From Ignavibacteriota bacterium (lineage in GTDB: Bacteria; Bacteroidota; Ignavibacteria; UBA10030; CAVZMI01), in NCBI GenBank assembly GCA_963776275.1, contig CAVZMI010000023.1, positions 224,001 through 288,000 of the forward strand: DNA of 64,000 nucleotides, written 5' to 3'. This document shows positions 1-9,701 of the stretch, piece after piece. A program made the translations under genes and the position numbers. Each line of letters opens with the position of its first letter. Position 1 is the stretch's first letter. The notes beneath the pieces were generated by a model. The model was not told the DNA's origin, searched no databases, and saw nothing but the letters and a program-made list of their open reading frames with translations.

Positions 1-183
1 ATCGCACGAACGGTTGTTGCCAAAGAACTGGCGAAGATCACATATCACGTTCTACATCGAAAACAAGAATTTATAACATTTAAGGGCATAGAGATCGACA
101 AATTACGTGACTGGCCTTCCCGACCCTGTCGGGAGAAGCCCGTGCGCATAACAGGAGAAGAGGTATATTCTCCTCACGCTTGA
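1..183 (+). mobile_element. C-terminal end of a probable IS110-family transposase (truncated by window edge)
   Basis: Frame +1 reads IARTVVAKELAKITYHVLHRKQEF...HA*, resembling the IS110 C-terminal 'A.ARKLA.I.YHVL' helix; followed by ~375 bp of structured non-coding DNA. Confidence 0.6.
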
Positions 184-562
184 TTGGGATCCGGGAGTGT
201 CGCCGATGAAATATCCGGGATGTGTTGTTGATCCGTGTTGAAGCCAAAGCCCGTTAAACCTGTCCTGAGCTTGCCGAAGGAGTGTTTGGGACGCCGGTCC
301 TTGATCGTGTCTGATCCCTTACCCAGGGATATTTGCTCGGCGCTATGTCAATACTCAGACCTCTGTTGTCAATGAACAATATCAATCGTTGTTCTCACAA
401 CGATATAGGAATACTTTTTTCTCTTGTGAAGTTCCGACGTACTTTGTCGGAACGACATCCCGCCGTTCTCGTCTATCCTGAGCGAGTCCCGCCTTATGCG
501 GGACGAGTCGAAGGATGGCGGGGACTTTGCTTGCCCCGCGTTCTTTGCGGGGCCTTTTATAA
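184..562 (+). ncRNA. Probable IS110/IS1111 right non-coding end, candidate bridge-RNA region
   Basis: Hairpin-rich non-coding stretch after the transposase stop, ending ...GCCCCGCGTTCTTTGCGGGGCCTTTTATA right next to a cassette core site; inference from IS1111 organisation. Confidence 0.35.
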
Positions 563-565
563 AGT

Positions 566-581
566 AATATGCGGCGTGCCC
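566..581. repeat. Remnant core/terminal repeat of the most distal att site (cassette end)
   Basis: AATATGCGGCGTGCCC matches the reverse complement of GGGCATGCCGCATAAT (1410-1425) at 14/16. Confidence 0.65.
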
Positions 582-674
582 TGACCAGTATTCTCAAATG
601 AGCGAGTGCAGACCCAGCCCACGGGCGGTGCAGACATGAGGTCGAAGAAAGCTGGTCGCTCGAGTAATCAAAGA

Positions 675-1310
675 TCACGGTTCCAGTTCAAAGCGCTCGA
701 TGCAGACGCTGTCTCCTTTCATGAGATTCTTCGGATTTGTCACCTTGATCTTTGGGTTGAAGGCCTTGGCTATCGCATCTGAGGGAGCACACTCAATGGC
801 GTATCCAATGTCCGCAGCGTTCATCTCTCGATACAGCTTGGCGATGAGGCATTCGGTGTACTTTGCCTCGTAAGCCCGGTCGGACTTCTCAACCACTTCG
901 TATGTGACGGCCTTGTCATAAGGTGGCGTAGCCAAATAGCCCTGGATGAGATCACCAAGCGCTTTCGGATCTCTCGAAGTGTAGCTTTTGGCCATAGAGG
1001 AGATAGCTTCGGCCATGTTGTCATCCGAAGCCTTTTTTAGGAGTTCAAGGAATTTCTTGCTGCCGAGTTTCTTTTGGAGATTCTGGAACAGCGGAACACA
1101 GTATCCATAGGTAAAGCGAAACACCTCCTCGGTGGTCATGCCCGAGTTATCCGAGTATTTCGGTTTTTGGAGCGATGCTTGCTGACCGGCAAGAGCCAAT
1201 GTAGCGCCAAACATACTGTGACAACCGAGGCAGAGGAGCGCGCCAGCCGGGAAGTCTCTTGACAAGAACTTTCTCCGGCTCGATTGGAGAGACTGATTCT
1301 TGGTTGACAT
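675..1310 (-). CDS. Cassette gene: L-2-amino-thiazoline-4-carboxylic acid hydrolase-like protein with Tat-like signal
   Basis: SRRKFL twin-Arg motif; C-terminal ECLIAKLYRE...IGYAIEC..D...FNPKIK....LMKGDSVC pattern. Confidence 0.7.
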   Translation of the reverse strand: MSTKNQSLQSSRRKFLSRDFPAGALLCLGCHSMFGATLALAGQQASLQKPKYSDNSGMTTEEVFRFTYGYCVPLFQNLQKKLGSKKFLELLKKASDDNMAEAISSMAKSYTSRDPKALGDLIQGYLATPPYDKAVTYEVVEKSDRAYEAKYTECLIAKLYREMNAADIGYAIECAPSDAIAKAFNPKIKVTNPKNLMKGDSVCIERFELEP

Positions 1311-1418
1311 GATAACCTCCAAAGTTGTGATGAAGTTGATGATGTCTCCGAGGTGTCACCTCACCGCCCGTGCGATAGGTGACGAGCTTTTTCAAAATCT
1401 ATGATGGTGGGGCATGCC

Positions 1419-1565
1419 GCATAATGTCCGCAGTAGCAACGCAGTGTCGCCGCGAACTCTGAACAATTCATTTCTCTGTGAGCGGCGGCATTGAGTGATC
1501 CCGACGACCTGTACGCCATTTCTTTAGCGGGAGTCGGGAGAGCGTCGTTGCTGCCGTTATTAGCC
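1419..1565 (-). repeat. attC-like recombination site 1 (variant AAT/ATT core)
   Basis: GCATAAT+GTCCGCAGTAGCAACG ... CGTTGCTGCCGTT+ATTAGCC; 16/13 geometry; inner stem CAGTGTCGCCGC/GCGGCGGCATTG. Confidence 0.75.
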
Positions 1566-1598
1566 GCCGGCTTTCGTCCCTCCACCGTTGGCTGACAA

Positions 1599-2530
1599 TT
1601 ACTTTTTAAAACTCGTTTTCAGCGCTCCGGTCGGACAGCTCTCAACGCAACGCTGACAGAGGATGCAATCGCCTTTGCCAATGCGTGTGCCCATTCTCAC
1701 ACGCTCAGCCACGGGAATGTCCATCGGACAGACTTCCGTGCACGCCTCGCATTCGTTGCACGCCTCGGCCTGGGCGGAGACATGGAGAAGCGCCGGGCGG
1801 CTCGTCCAACGCAGAATGAATCCGGTGGGACAAAGGTATTTGCAGAACGCGCGTTGGTCGTGCAGAGCCAGTGCCAGCGCAATAGCTGCCGCATAGTAAA
1901 CGGCAACGCCGGCAGCGACGGGCCAGATGCTGTTGCCGCGCATGTGTCCGTGGGCTCCGCCGGGCTGGGAGTCTAACACCAGCGCGAACAGAACTGCGGC
2001 CGCAAAACTGACGGCCACACCGACAAGCGGCGTCCAAACCCAAACACCCTTGCGCCGGCCCGAGCCCTTGCCGACGGGAAGACGCTCGAGCACCATCGCA
2101 CGCCAACACCCCCATCCACACAGAATTCGGCCAAAGATGAGCGGCCCGATGACGGTGGTCACCATCGTGTGACCGATAGCCGGGCCTACTGTTCCCAGGA
2201 TCAGGAGCTCGAAGAAGCCATCTATGTCGAGGTTGACGGCATCGACCAATGAGAACATGAGAATTCCCAATCCACCGGTGGCCAGGACGAGCCACCGCCA
2301 CCACTGTTTGCGGTCAGCGCGGGCAAAGGCGTAGCCGGCGAGAAATGGACCTTGGGAGAGCCCCGAACCGAAGAGAGCAAATTGCGAAACCCAATGTGTT
2401 TCCCCGGAACAGTACTACTGCAGCCAACGGCCAAAAGACGAGAAGGGAGATAGCGCTGACGACGAGCAACGCACGACTGACTCTACGGGGGGTCGTGCAC
2501 TCCCCGGTCACGGGATCCTCCGAGGATACG
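1599..2530 (-). CDS. 4Fe-4S binding membrane protein (NapH/MauN-like), frameshift near 2350; 5' end uncertain
   Basis: GRILCGWGC, FCKYLCP, CNECEACTEVCP and CILCQRCVESCP motifs; N-terminal TM part is in ORF 2314-2637. Confidence 0.75.
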
Positions 2531-2539
2531 CATACATTC

Positions 2540-2830
2540 GGATTCTTCTTCACCTGTAGAAATTTTATAAACATATAAATATACTTTATTACAATTGTTA
2601 AAACAACGATGTCCAAAATAATAATCGAACCAATCAAAAAAGATCACACCAATGATGCCAGATAATAACTCTCCTACAAAAACAAAAGCAATCAAAAACG
2701 ATTTATGAATTTCAACGATCCAACTGAGTACTGTGTGCCCACCTTGGATTGCTGTTTTCATTATTAAAAAGATTACGAATAAGAATTCGATAAATAGTAC
2801 TATTAAAAACGATTCTTTCAGTTTTGCACA
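2540..2830 (-). pseudogene. AT-rich small membrane protein, frameshifted or truncated
   Basis: Hydrophobic stretches split over ORFs 2483-2761 and 2314-2637 at an A-run near 2637-2641; abrupt GC shift near 2550. Confidence 0.4.
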
Positions 2831-3062
2831 TATCTTAATATGGTTGCGCCCTAACTATTGTTTATATGGTTTCCGCGTAAGACCACTGTATGTTCCATCG
2901 CAGCATTACACGCCACAGTCAGAATTTCCAAAAGCGCTAAGCCCAAACAAGTTATCGCCGCTCAGCTCACTGACAAGAGTGTTATGCGGTTTCGGCATAA
3001 CATGGCACGCCTTTCGTTCCTTCGTGCCGCAAAACGCCTTAAGAAAATGAATCTTTGCTTGC

Positions 3063-3226
3063 ACATAACGTCCGGCATGCCCACGCAGTACCGCCACGCC
3101 ATTTTGCAAATGAACAATTTCATATTTGCAGCGTGGCGGTATTGAGGGAGCACAATTTATTTTGCTTAATGAGTTTTTATTATCGTCTGACTAGTTGTGC
3201 GACCGTCGTGGGCACGCCTGTTATGC
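3063..3226 (-). repeat. attC-like recombination site 2
   Basis: ACATAAC+GTCCGGCATGCCCACG ... T+CGTGGGCACGCCT+GTTATGC; inner stem TACCGCCACGC/GCGTGGCGGTA. Confidence 0.9.
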
Positions 3227-3293
3227 GACGCGCAGCCGAACCACCAATTCGATCTCTTCGTGTAGATAGAAAAGTTGTAATTTTCTGTTGTCG

Positions 3294-3950
3294 TCACTGA
3301 GCCAGAGTATCGACCGTGACTGAAACAACTTTGCTCTTTTGGAACAGCTTAGTTTCTCGTATGGAACGACGAATTCTCTCGTCAAACCAAGTATTTTTCT
3401 CAGATATCTGAACTAGCTTGCCTTTCACGAACTGATAGCCGCATTCTGTACCACAACACGCACCAGATTGTTCCATTGTAGTCAACGTCCGTGTGGAACT
3501 ATCGGGTGTTAGTTCACTAAGTTTACTTAGCTCGTCATGGTAGAAGAATTTTTTTGTTTTCGGACTGAAAAGCCAAACATACGACCAACTCCCACCACTT
3601 CCATAATCGTATTCCAGCATCAGATCTAGATATCCATCGAAATTGAGATCCTTGGCTATGAATGCCCCTTCCCCAAAAGGATGGTATGTTTTGAAGTTTT
3701 TGAGGATTTGAAAAATTCCCGGTTTGTCTGACCGCTTGATTTCGATTCGTGATACCGAATGCACTGCCCCCGTCTCACTTGTATCTTCGTTAACGATGAA
3801 ATGCAATGTATATGGGGGTAGTGTAGAATGTATGGTAATGGTGTATTTGTAGTCGATTTCGTTGGGTTGACCACTTGTCAACCTATAGAAGCCTACCAAC
3901 AGGAACGCAATTCCAAGGATCATGAGTAATTTCAGTTTAGGAGTATTCAT
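3294..3950 (-). CDS. Cassette gene: exported hypothetical protein (XAC2610-like, DxNFDGYxD loop)
   Basis: 218 aa, N-terminal TM/signal, DLNFDGYLD Ca-binding-type motif; bounded by att sites. Confidence 0.75.
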   Translation of the reverse strand: MNTPKLKLLMILGIAFLLVGFYRLTSGQPNEIDYKYTITIHSTLPPYTLHFIVNEDTSETGAVHSVSRIEIKRSDKPGIFQILKNFKTYHPFGEGAFIAKDLNFDGYLDLMLEYDYGSGGSWSYVWLFSPKTKKFFYHDELSKLSELTPDSSTRTLTTMEQSGACCGTECGYQFVKGKLVQISEKNTWFDERIRRSIRETKLFQKSKVVSVTVDTLAQ

Positions 3951-4021
3951 TTCAATGAAAACCTTGAAGTATAGTTATACTATACATTGAAACCACCAAA
4001 CCTTTGGTGAGGCTGCGTGGC

Positions 4022-4139
4022 GCATAACGTCCGGCACAAAAATGACGTTGGGGCGCGAACTAATAATGACTAATTATTCTGTGAGCGACCCAATGTTTAT
4101 TCGGATTTCAAACTGCCAACATTTTTGTGCCTGTTAAGT
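4022..4139 (-). repeat. attC-like recombination site 3 (belongs to ORF-less cassette copy 1)
   Basis: GCATAAC+GTCCGGCACAAAAATG ... CATTTTTGTGCCT+GTTAAGT; identical to 6395-6512. Confidence 0.9.
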
Positions 4140-4219
4140 GCACGTGACCGCGGCACTTCACTATACTTCAGGACTTCAACTCGCGCCACTTCAAAGACTG
4201 CTAACGCCGCGGGCATTGC

Positions 4220-4328
4220 ACTTAACGTGTGCGGGCACTACGCAGTCCCGCTTGCCACTAAGAACAATTCAATTTTCTGTGGCAAGCGGGATTGAGTGTT
4301 CTTCACGTCGTAGTGCCCGCTGTTATGT
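4220..4328 (-). repeat. attC-like recombination site 4
   Basis: ACTTAAC+GTGTGCGGGCACTACG ... T+CGTAGTGCCCGCT+GTTATGT; inner stem TCCCGCTTGCCAC/GTGGCAAGCGGGA. Confidence 0.9.
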
Positions 4329-4340
4329 GCAGTTGCCCGT

Positions 4341-5817
4341 TCATCGTAATAAAATAAGTTTCTTTGTCTCAACAAAACCACCAGCTTCGAGTCTATAATA
4401 ATACACACCGCTTACAATACCTAATGGATTCCATTCTGTTGTATAAGTACCGGCACTCAAATCTTGCGACAAAAGCTGTACGACTTCCTGTCCTAATGTG
4501 TTGTAGATTCTTAATGAGACATGTACTTCTTTGGGGAGTGAGAATCGTATCGTTGTGGTCGGGTTAAAGGGATTTGGATAATTTTGCCAAAGGTCGAATG
4601 CAGTCGGAATATCTCCTTCAGGTTTAATACCTTCCACCCCAACATTTCCGTCAACATCCGTCTTAATTAGATATATCTGTAGACTGTCCCCGAAAGACCA
4701 GGTTTCACCAGTTATTATATAGCCACCGTCAGTAGTCTGCTGAACGGAGTGACCATAACCCGACTCATAGGTTTTTGTCCACAATGTATCCCCAGAAGAA
4801 TTGGTTTTAAATAGGTAAACATCATAATCGAGGGCATCGTAGGAACTCTGTCCCGTGATGATGTATCCACCGTCTGTTGTCTGCTGTATGGAGTTACCAT
4901 AAGAGTAACGTCTACCCTCATAGGTCCCCCCATATGTCCTTGTCCAAACGGTGTCCCCATTGTCATTAGTCTTGATTAGATAGACTGCAGTTCCAGAGAA
5001 TAAGTCCATATCCCCAACAACGATGTAGCCGCCATCAGTAGTTTGCTGAACGGACCGACCCCTTGAATGTGATGAGCCCGCCCCCTCGTAGGTCACTTGT
5101 CCAAAGTGTATCCCCGATTGTATTAGTTTTTATAAGGTAAATATAATCTTTGTAGGTAGCAAAATTTCTGATATATCCCTCAACGATGTAGCCCCCATCC
5201 ATGGTCTGCTTGATTTCGTTTCCCTCATCAGTATAATAAGTGAGCGTTCCCCCGTAGGTCCTGGTTCACAGTGTGTCCCCGGAGGAATTGGTTTTTATCA
5301 GGTAAACTTTGTAAGAACCCTTAGCCCCTGCAACGATGTATCCGCCGTCTGTAGTTTGCTGGACGGAACTACCAAATTCGTCGCCCGACCCCCCATAGGT
5401 TTTTGTCCACAGTGTGTCTCCGGAGAAATTGGTTTTAATTAGGTAAACCTGTATGCCACTACCGAAAGAGCCGGTACTTCCCGCAACAATGTAACCACCA
5501 TCCGTAGTTTGCTGAACGGAGTGCCCCCCATCATCACCCGCTCCTCCGTAGGTATTTGTCCAAAGTATATCCCCATTGGCGTTGGTCTTTACGAGGCAGA
5601 CATCGTAATTTCCTGCACCGAAGGAATTGGTCCTGCCCGCTACGATGTAGCCCCCATCAGTAGTCTGCTGGACGGATTGACCGTATTCTCTTCTAGTCCC
5701 CCCGTAAGTCCTTTCCCACCGCTGTTGAGAAACCGCAGGTTCGGCTAAGGTGAGGATCAGCAGGAAGAACAGGAGGGTAGAAAAGGTGAGCAAGTGAAGT
5801 TTGAAACGTAACTTCAT
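4341..5817 (-). CDS. Cassette gene: secreted beta-repeat protein with T9SS C-terminal sorting domain (two frameshifts near 5266 and 5096)
   Basis: Signal peptide; about 7 repeats of SVQQTTDGGYI.AG...YLIKTN.SGDTLWTKTYGG; C-terminal QNYPNPFNPTTTI...SGVYYYRL...TKKLILLR. Confidence 0.85.
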
Positions 5818-5949
5818 GGAAACCTCCTTATAATGATACTATTTGATAATGTTTCATAATCCAAGTATAGCATTTCATAGTACACCTCCACTAATTTTGC
5901 ACTCCTTTTCTTCCTATCGTCTGTAGGCAGATCTTGAAAGGGCAATTGC

Positions 5950-6097
5950 ACATAACGTCTGGGCCAACTACGCACCCCGACCGACCAACATTTTGTCAAT
6001 TGACGGGCGGGGGGAACGAACTCTATTTGTCGCGCCGAACTAGGCACCAACGTTGCCTTACCAAATGAAGTGAGTGTCGTAGTTGGCGCTGTTATGC
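5950..6097 (-). repeat. attC-like recombination site 5
   Basis: ACATAAC+GTCTGGGCCAACTACG ... T+CGTAGTTGGCGCT+GTTATGC. Confidence 0.9.
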
Positions 6098-6340
6098 GCT
6101 GGCGGCCGCCCCGCACCTGCGAATTATGACCTGCCTTGCTTTTTGACGCCTGTATGATCCCTTGCCACGGTGGGTATCGCACAGTCCCGCCCAAAACCTT
6201 TCGTATGACATGGGATGTTCATGCTTGGACCGCCAGTGCGCGTCAATTCCATCCCACCCGTGCCCTTGAAAAACGTGATTGCACTCTGGACAAATCCGAG
6301 GGCCGGTCTTCGGTACCATTTTTTCGCAACATCTGCACAT
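6092..6340 (-). CDS. Cassette gene: small Cys/His-rich (Zn-finger-like) protein
   Basis: CRCC, CPEC, H...H, C..H; RBS-like GGAGG upstream; fills a 0.3-kb cassette; stop TAA lies in the core site. Confidence 0.65.
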   Translation of the reverse strand: MCRCCEKMVPKTGPRICPECNHVFQGHGWDGIDAHWRSKHEHPMSYERFWAGLCDTHRGKGSYRRQKARQVIIRRCGAAASA

Positions 6341-6394
6341 GTTATACTAACCTCCGTCTGTTTTGTCTGGTAATTATTCGGGGCGGCCGCTTGT

Positions 6395-6512
6395 GCATAA
6401 CGTCCGGCACAAAAATGACGTTGGGGCGCGAACTAATAATGACTAATTATTCTGTGAGCGACCCAATGTTTATTCGGATTTCAAACTGCCAACATTTTTG
6501 TGCCTGTTAAGT
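6395..6512 (-). repeat. attC-like recombination site 6 (ORF-less cassette copy 2)
   Basis: Identical to 4022-4139. Confidence 0.9.
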
Positions 6513-6592
6513 GCACGTGACCGCGGCACTTCACTATACTTCAGGACTTCAACTCGCGCCACTTCAAAGACTGCTAACGCCGCGGGCATTGC

Positions 6593-6726
6593 ACTTAACG
6601 TGTCGGCAAACACCGCCGTGCCGTTTGGCGTATATTAATGATTCAATTTTCCTCACGCCAAACGGCATGGAACGACCACCATAATCCTTCCCAATAAAGG
6701 GAGTGCCGGTGTTTGCCGTGTTAGGC
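6593..6726 (-). repeat. attC-like recombination site 7
   Basis: ACTTAAC+GTGTCGGCAAACACCG ... C+CGGTGTTTGCCGT+GTTAGGC; inner stem CCGTGCCGTTTGGCG/CGCCAAACGGCATGG. Confidence 0.9.
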
Positions 6727-6754
6727 GAAGTTGTTTTGCATTTGCGGAAAACGC

Positions 6755-7252
6755 TTAATGTTTCACAAGGGACTTACGAATGCGGTTATTGATCCCTTGC
6801 AGTGTATCTGTTTCAATTTGATGTTCCCAATAGCGAAGAACTTTCCATTTACACTTTCTCAGGATTCGAGTTTGTCGGACATCTCGCCTTCTGTTGTCGA
6901 GAATTTTTTCCTTCCACCAGAGCGTATGTGAGTTAGGAACCTTAAAATGAATGGGACAGCCGTGCCAAAAGCATCCATCAAGGAAGAGGCACACTTTATC
7001 CTTTGGAAACACAATATCCGCTTTTATCTTCAGCAGGGGCTCGGGTCTTACATTTGTACGAAATCTTAATCCAGCTTTTTTAAGGAAGATACGTAACCTT
7101 TGTTCCTGTTTGGTCTCGTGTCCTGTATTGCTTTGCATTACACGATGTACAAGGGGAGATGATGCACTAGGCGCACGAGATCGAATTGACTGTCTTGGCC
7201 GAGAGGCCTTTCTTCTATTGGTTGGTTTGGCTGTCCGTACTGACACTGTCAA
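6755..7252 (-). CDS. vsr: Very-short-patch repair endonuclease
   Basis: MQSN...TKQE, ADIVF, FLDGCFWHGCP, WKVLRYWEH motifs. Confidence 0.92.
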   Translation of the reverse strand: MTVSVRTAKPTNRRKASRPRQSIRSRAPSASSPLVHRVMQSNTGHETKQEQRLRIFLKKAGLRFRTNVRPEPLLKIKADIVFPKDKVCLFLDGCFWHGCPIHFKVPNSHTLWWKEKILDNRRRDVRQTRILRKCKWKVLRYWEHQIETDTLQGINNRIRKSLVKH

Positions 7253-8256
7253 ATTATTTTTGAGTCTGATGATCGTTTGTATTCTGCTTTTTCCTCACCG
7301 ACACTGATGTGAAAGGCATTTTCCGTCATACTAAAGCTAATTGGAGGTAATTCGTCGGGTGTCGCCTCAAGAGCCTGCTGCATCGGGGCTTTGACATATT
7401 TTTCCAAAAAGACGGTCATCACCTCACCAGCGGCTTTTTCGAGGTGCCGCCAAGCTTCATCTCCGACAAATGTAGTGCCACCAGCATCCTTGAATGCAGC
7501 AACCAATTCAGTGAGTTTCGGGTTTGGTGTTGGATCAAGAACGATGAGAACGGGTTTGTATCCACTTTGTTTGCAGTCTGTTGGAAAATCAACTTCTTCC
7601 TGCCAGCGACCTTGTCCCGATGCAGCGATGGTAACTCGAATCTTGATCTCGTATGCTAACTTATCTCGGATGCAATCAACTTGACGCCCTTTCGAGCCAT
7701 CATCGTGTCGTTTGATTGGACTTGCCTTAGCGCTAAAGGAAGCACCTCCGATTGCATTGGCGATTATTGGTTCGAAAAGGTAGCCAGTTTCTTGTCCAGC
7801 TCTATTGTCGATATCGAACAGCCACTTTCTCCATAGGAGGAACCCAGCTAGAGCTTGAGGGCTCATTTGCCCATACTGCAGGAGCGTCCGTGGACCTACT
7901 TGATCCATGGTTGGAACAGCTTGGTATTCAAGTATCCGAGCGTATTTCAGCCTGCTTTTTTGCAGGGTTGCCAAACAAGAGAAGTATGTATCAGCGTCCG
8001 GGATCAGTTTGAAAAGGCGTTCAATAAGCATGTAAAAGTCTAACTTAGTGAGTTCAAGCTTACGGGGATCGGCCTCGTCGAAGAATTCTGGAAAGCTTAT
8101 TTTAACCTCAGGAAACTTCTTAAGGATTTTCAAATCACGAACGATCGTTGCGACGAGGAAGGCACAAGCTTCATCTGAAAGGCCTGTGCCTAATTCACCG
8201 CCGCCAGCCGCCCTTGCCTTTTCAACGAGCGACTTCTGAGATTGTGTTATTGCCAT
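7249..8256 (-). CDS. Putative type II restriction endonuclease (PD-(D/E)XK-like)
   Basis: Lies between a C5-MTase and Vsr with overlapping stop/start codons; GYLFE...QVDC...YEIK catalytic-like pattern. Confidence 0.75.
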   Translation of the reverse strand: MAITQSQKSLVEKARAAGGGELGTGLSDEACAFLVATIVRDLKILKKFPEVKISFPEFFDEADPRKLELTKLDFYMLIERLFKLIPDADTYFSCLATLQKSRLKYARILEYQAVPTMDQVGPRTLLQYGQMSPQALAGFLLWRKWLFDIDNRAGQETGYLFEPIIANAIGGASFSAKASPIKRHDDGSKGRQVDCIRDKLAYEIKIRVTIAASGQGRWQEEVDFPTDCKQSGYKPVLIVLDPTPNPKLTELVAAFKDAGGTTFVGDEAWRHLEKAAGEVMTVFLEKYVKAPMQQALEATPDELPPISFSMTENAFHISVGEEKAEYKRSSDSKII

Positions 8257-9491
8257 AAAGCTATTTGCTCCAGTCCGATTTCTATGCGAGTAGTGGGAAA
8301 CCTACGTCTAATGCGGTATGTAATATCTTCAAGTACAGGACTCTTTCCGCTTGAGACTGTAGGAACAAAAGACAGTAATGCTCCATTCTTAAAAGACTGA
8401 ATGTTTGAAACTTTTTCAAGATCAAGTTGTAGATTGAGAGCAATTACTTCAGCAAGACGTGGTGGAACAGCATTCCCAATTTGTAGGATACATTCAGTGG
8501 TATTTCCAATAAAGATGAAGTCATCAGGGAAACTTTGAATGCGAGCACACTCGCGAAGTGTTAAGGTTCGATCATCAATAGGATGGATGAATTCTGATGT
8601 GGCACCACTCGTAATTGCCTTCGACGGTTGATCGTCTCTCAACCGTCTCAGTCCTGCGGGAGCTCCACCTCTTCGTTCTGTTGGGGTTCCGTCCATTACT
8701 CTTCTAAACGCTCTGCGTCGATAACTCTCATGCCATAACTCAGTAGGTAGGTCTTTCATCGTCTGACCTGGTTTCAGAAGGCGGACACGTTCAATGTCCT
8801 GCTCGGATAGTGGACGATAATAATGGCCATCTGGAAAACCGGGTGGCAACAGAGTAGGACGTGGTAAACCCCTAAGTGCATCGGCTAGCGTCGGACACGG
8901 AGGGAGATGCTTGAAGGCCTTTGATGCCCCAGGAGCTCCGTAAGCCGAATAAGTCGGTTCTGGGAACCGAGGAGACCATCCCAAGCCGCCAATTGCTATT
9001 ACTCGCTTGCGATGCTGAGGAACTCCGAAGTTTGCAGCGTTTATTTTTCGAAGATGGATCTGATAGCCTACGTCAACCAATGGTTCAAGTAGATCGAACA
9101 CTCTATTCCCATTATCTGCAGTTAGAAAACCCTCGACGTTCTCGAAGACAAATGCTTTTGGTTTGTGTTGGACAACTAGTTCTGAAAAAACTCTGACAAG
9201 TGTGTTTCTATGGTCATCTGAACGACGCATTCCCGCTGAGGAGAATCCCTGACAAGGTGGCCCTCCTATAATCACATCCGTGGATGGAATAATAGTTGAT
9301 TCGGTTATATTATCTGTCAGGATATGGTCTTCAAAGTTCCTTCTGTATGTCCTCGTTGCTGATTCATTGGAATCTATAGCAACAACGCAAGTAAATCCCG
9401 CCTTTTGAAAACCAAGCGAGAGCCCACCAGCACCGCAGAACAAGTCTGCGTAGGTCATATTGTTATTATGTCCTTGGTCTATTTCCAACAT
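8247..9491 (-). CDS. dcm: DNA (cytosine-5)-methyltransferase
   Basis: DLFCGAGG, GGPPCQGFS, ENV, PQHRKR, RECARIQSFPD, QIGNAVPP motifs. Confidence 0.96.
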   Translation of the reverse strand: MLEIDQGHNNNMTYADLFCGAGGLSLGFQKAGFTCVVAIDSNESATRTYRRNFEDHILTDNITESTIIPSTDVIIGGPPCQGFSSAGMRRSDDHRNTLVRVFSELVVQHKPKAFVFENVEGFLTADNGNRVFDLLEPLVDVGYQIHLRKINAANFGVPQHRKRVIAIGGLGWSPRFPEPTYSAYGAPGASKAFKHLPPCPTLADALRGLPRPTLLPPGFPDGHYYRPLSEQDIERVRLLKPGQTMKDLPTELWHESYRRRAFRRVMDGTPTERRGGAPAGLRRLRDDQPSKAITSGATSEFIHPIDDRTLTLRECARIQSFPDDFIFIGNTTECILQIGNAVPPRLAEVIALNLQLDLEKVSNIQSFKNGALLSFVPTVSSGKSPVLEDITYRIRRRFPTTRIEIGLEQIALWQ

Positions 9492-9568
9492 ATTGGTACT
9501 TCTTTACCCGTATTCGTTGCATGAAACATAATAAAAACTTATCAAAAGTCATAATGCAAAACAATTTC

Positions 9569-9701
9569 GCCTAACGTCTCGCCCAACAACGCAGCGCTTT
9601 TGCGAACTATAAATGGACCAATTCATTTGTGAAGCAAAAGCGTTGAGCGACAACAACTATACTCTATCAAAGATGGAGCGTCGTTGTTGGGCGTGTTATG
9701 C
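9569..9701 (-). repeat. attC-like recombination site 8
   Basis: GCCTAAC+GTCTCGCCCAACAACG ... T+CGTTGTTGGGCGT+GTTATGC; inner stem CAGCGCTTTTGC/GCAAAAGCGTTG. Confidence 0.9.

Noticed and set aside
4140-4219. Sigma70 promoter in the ORF-less cassette
   Set aside because: TTGAAG and TATAGT occur on the minus strand but are 8 or 23 nt apart, not ~17.
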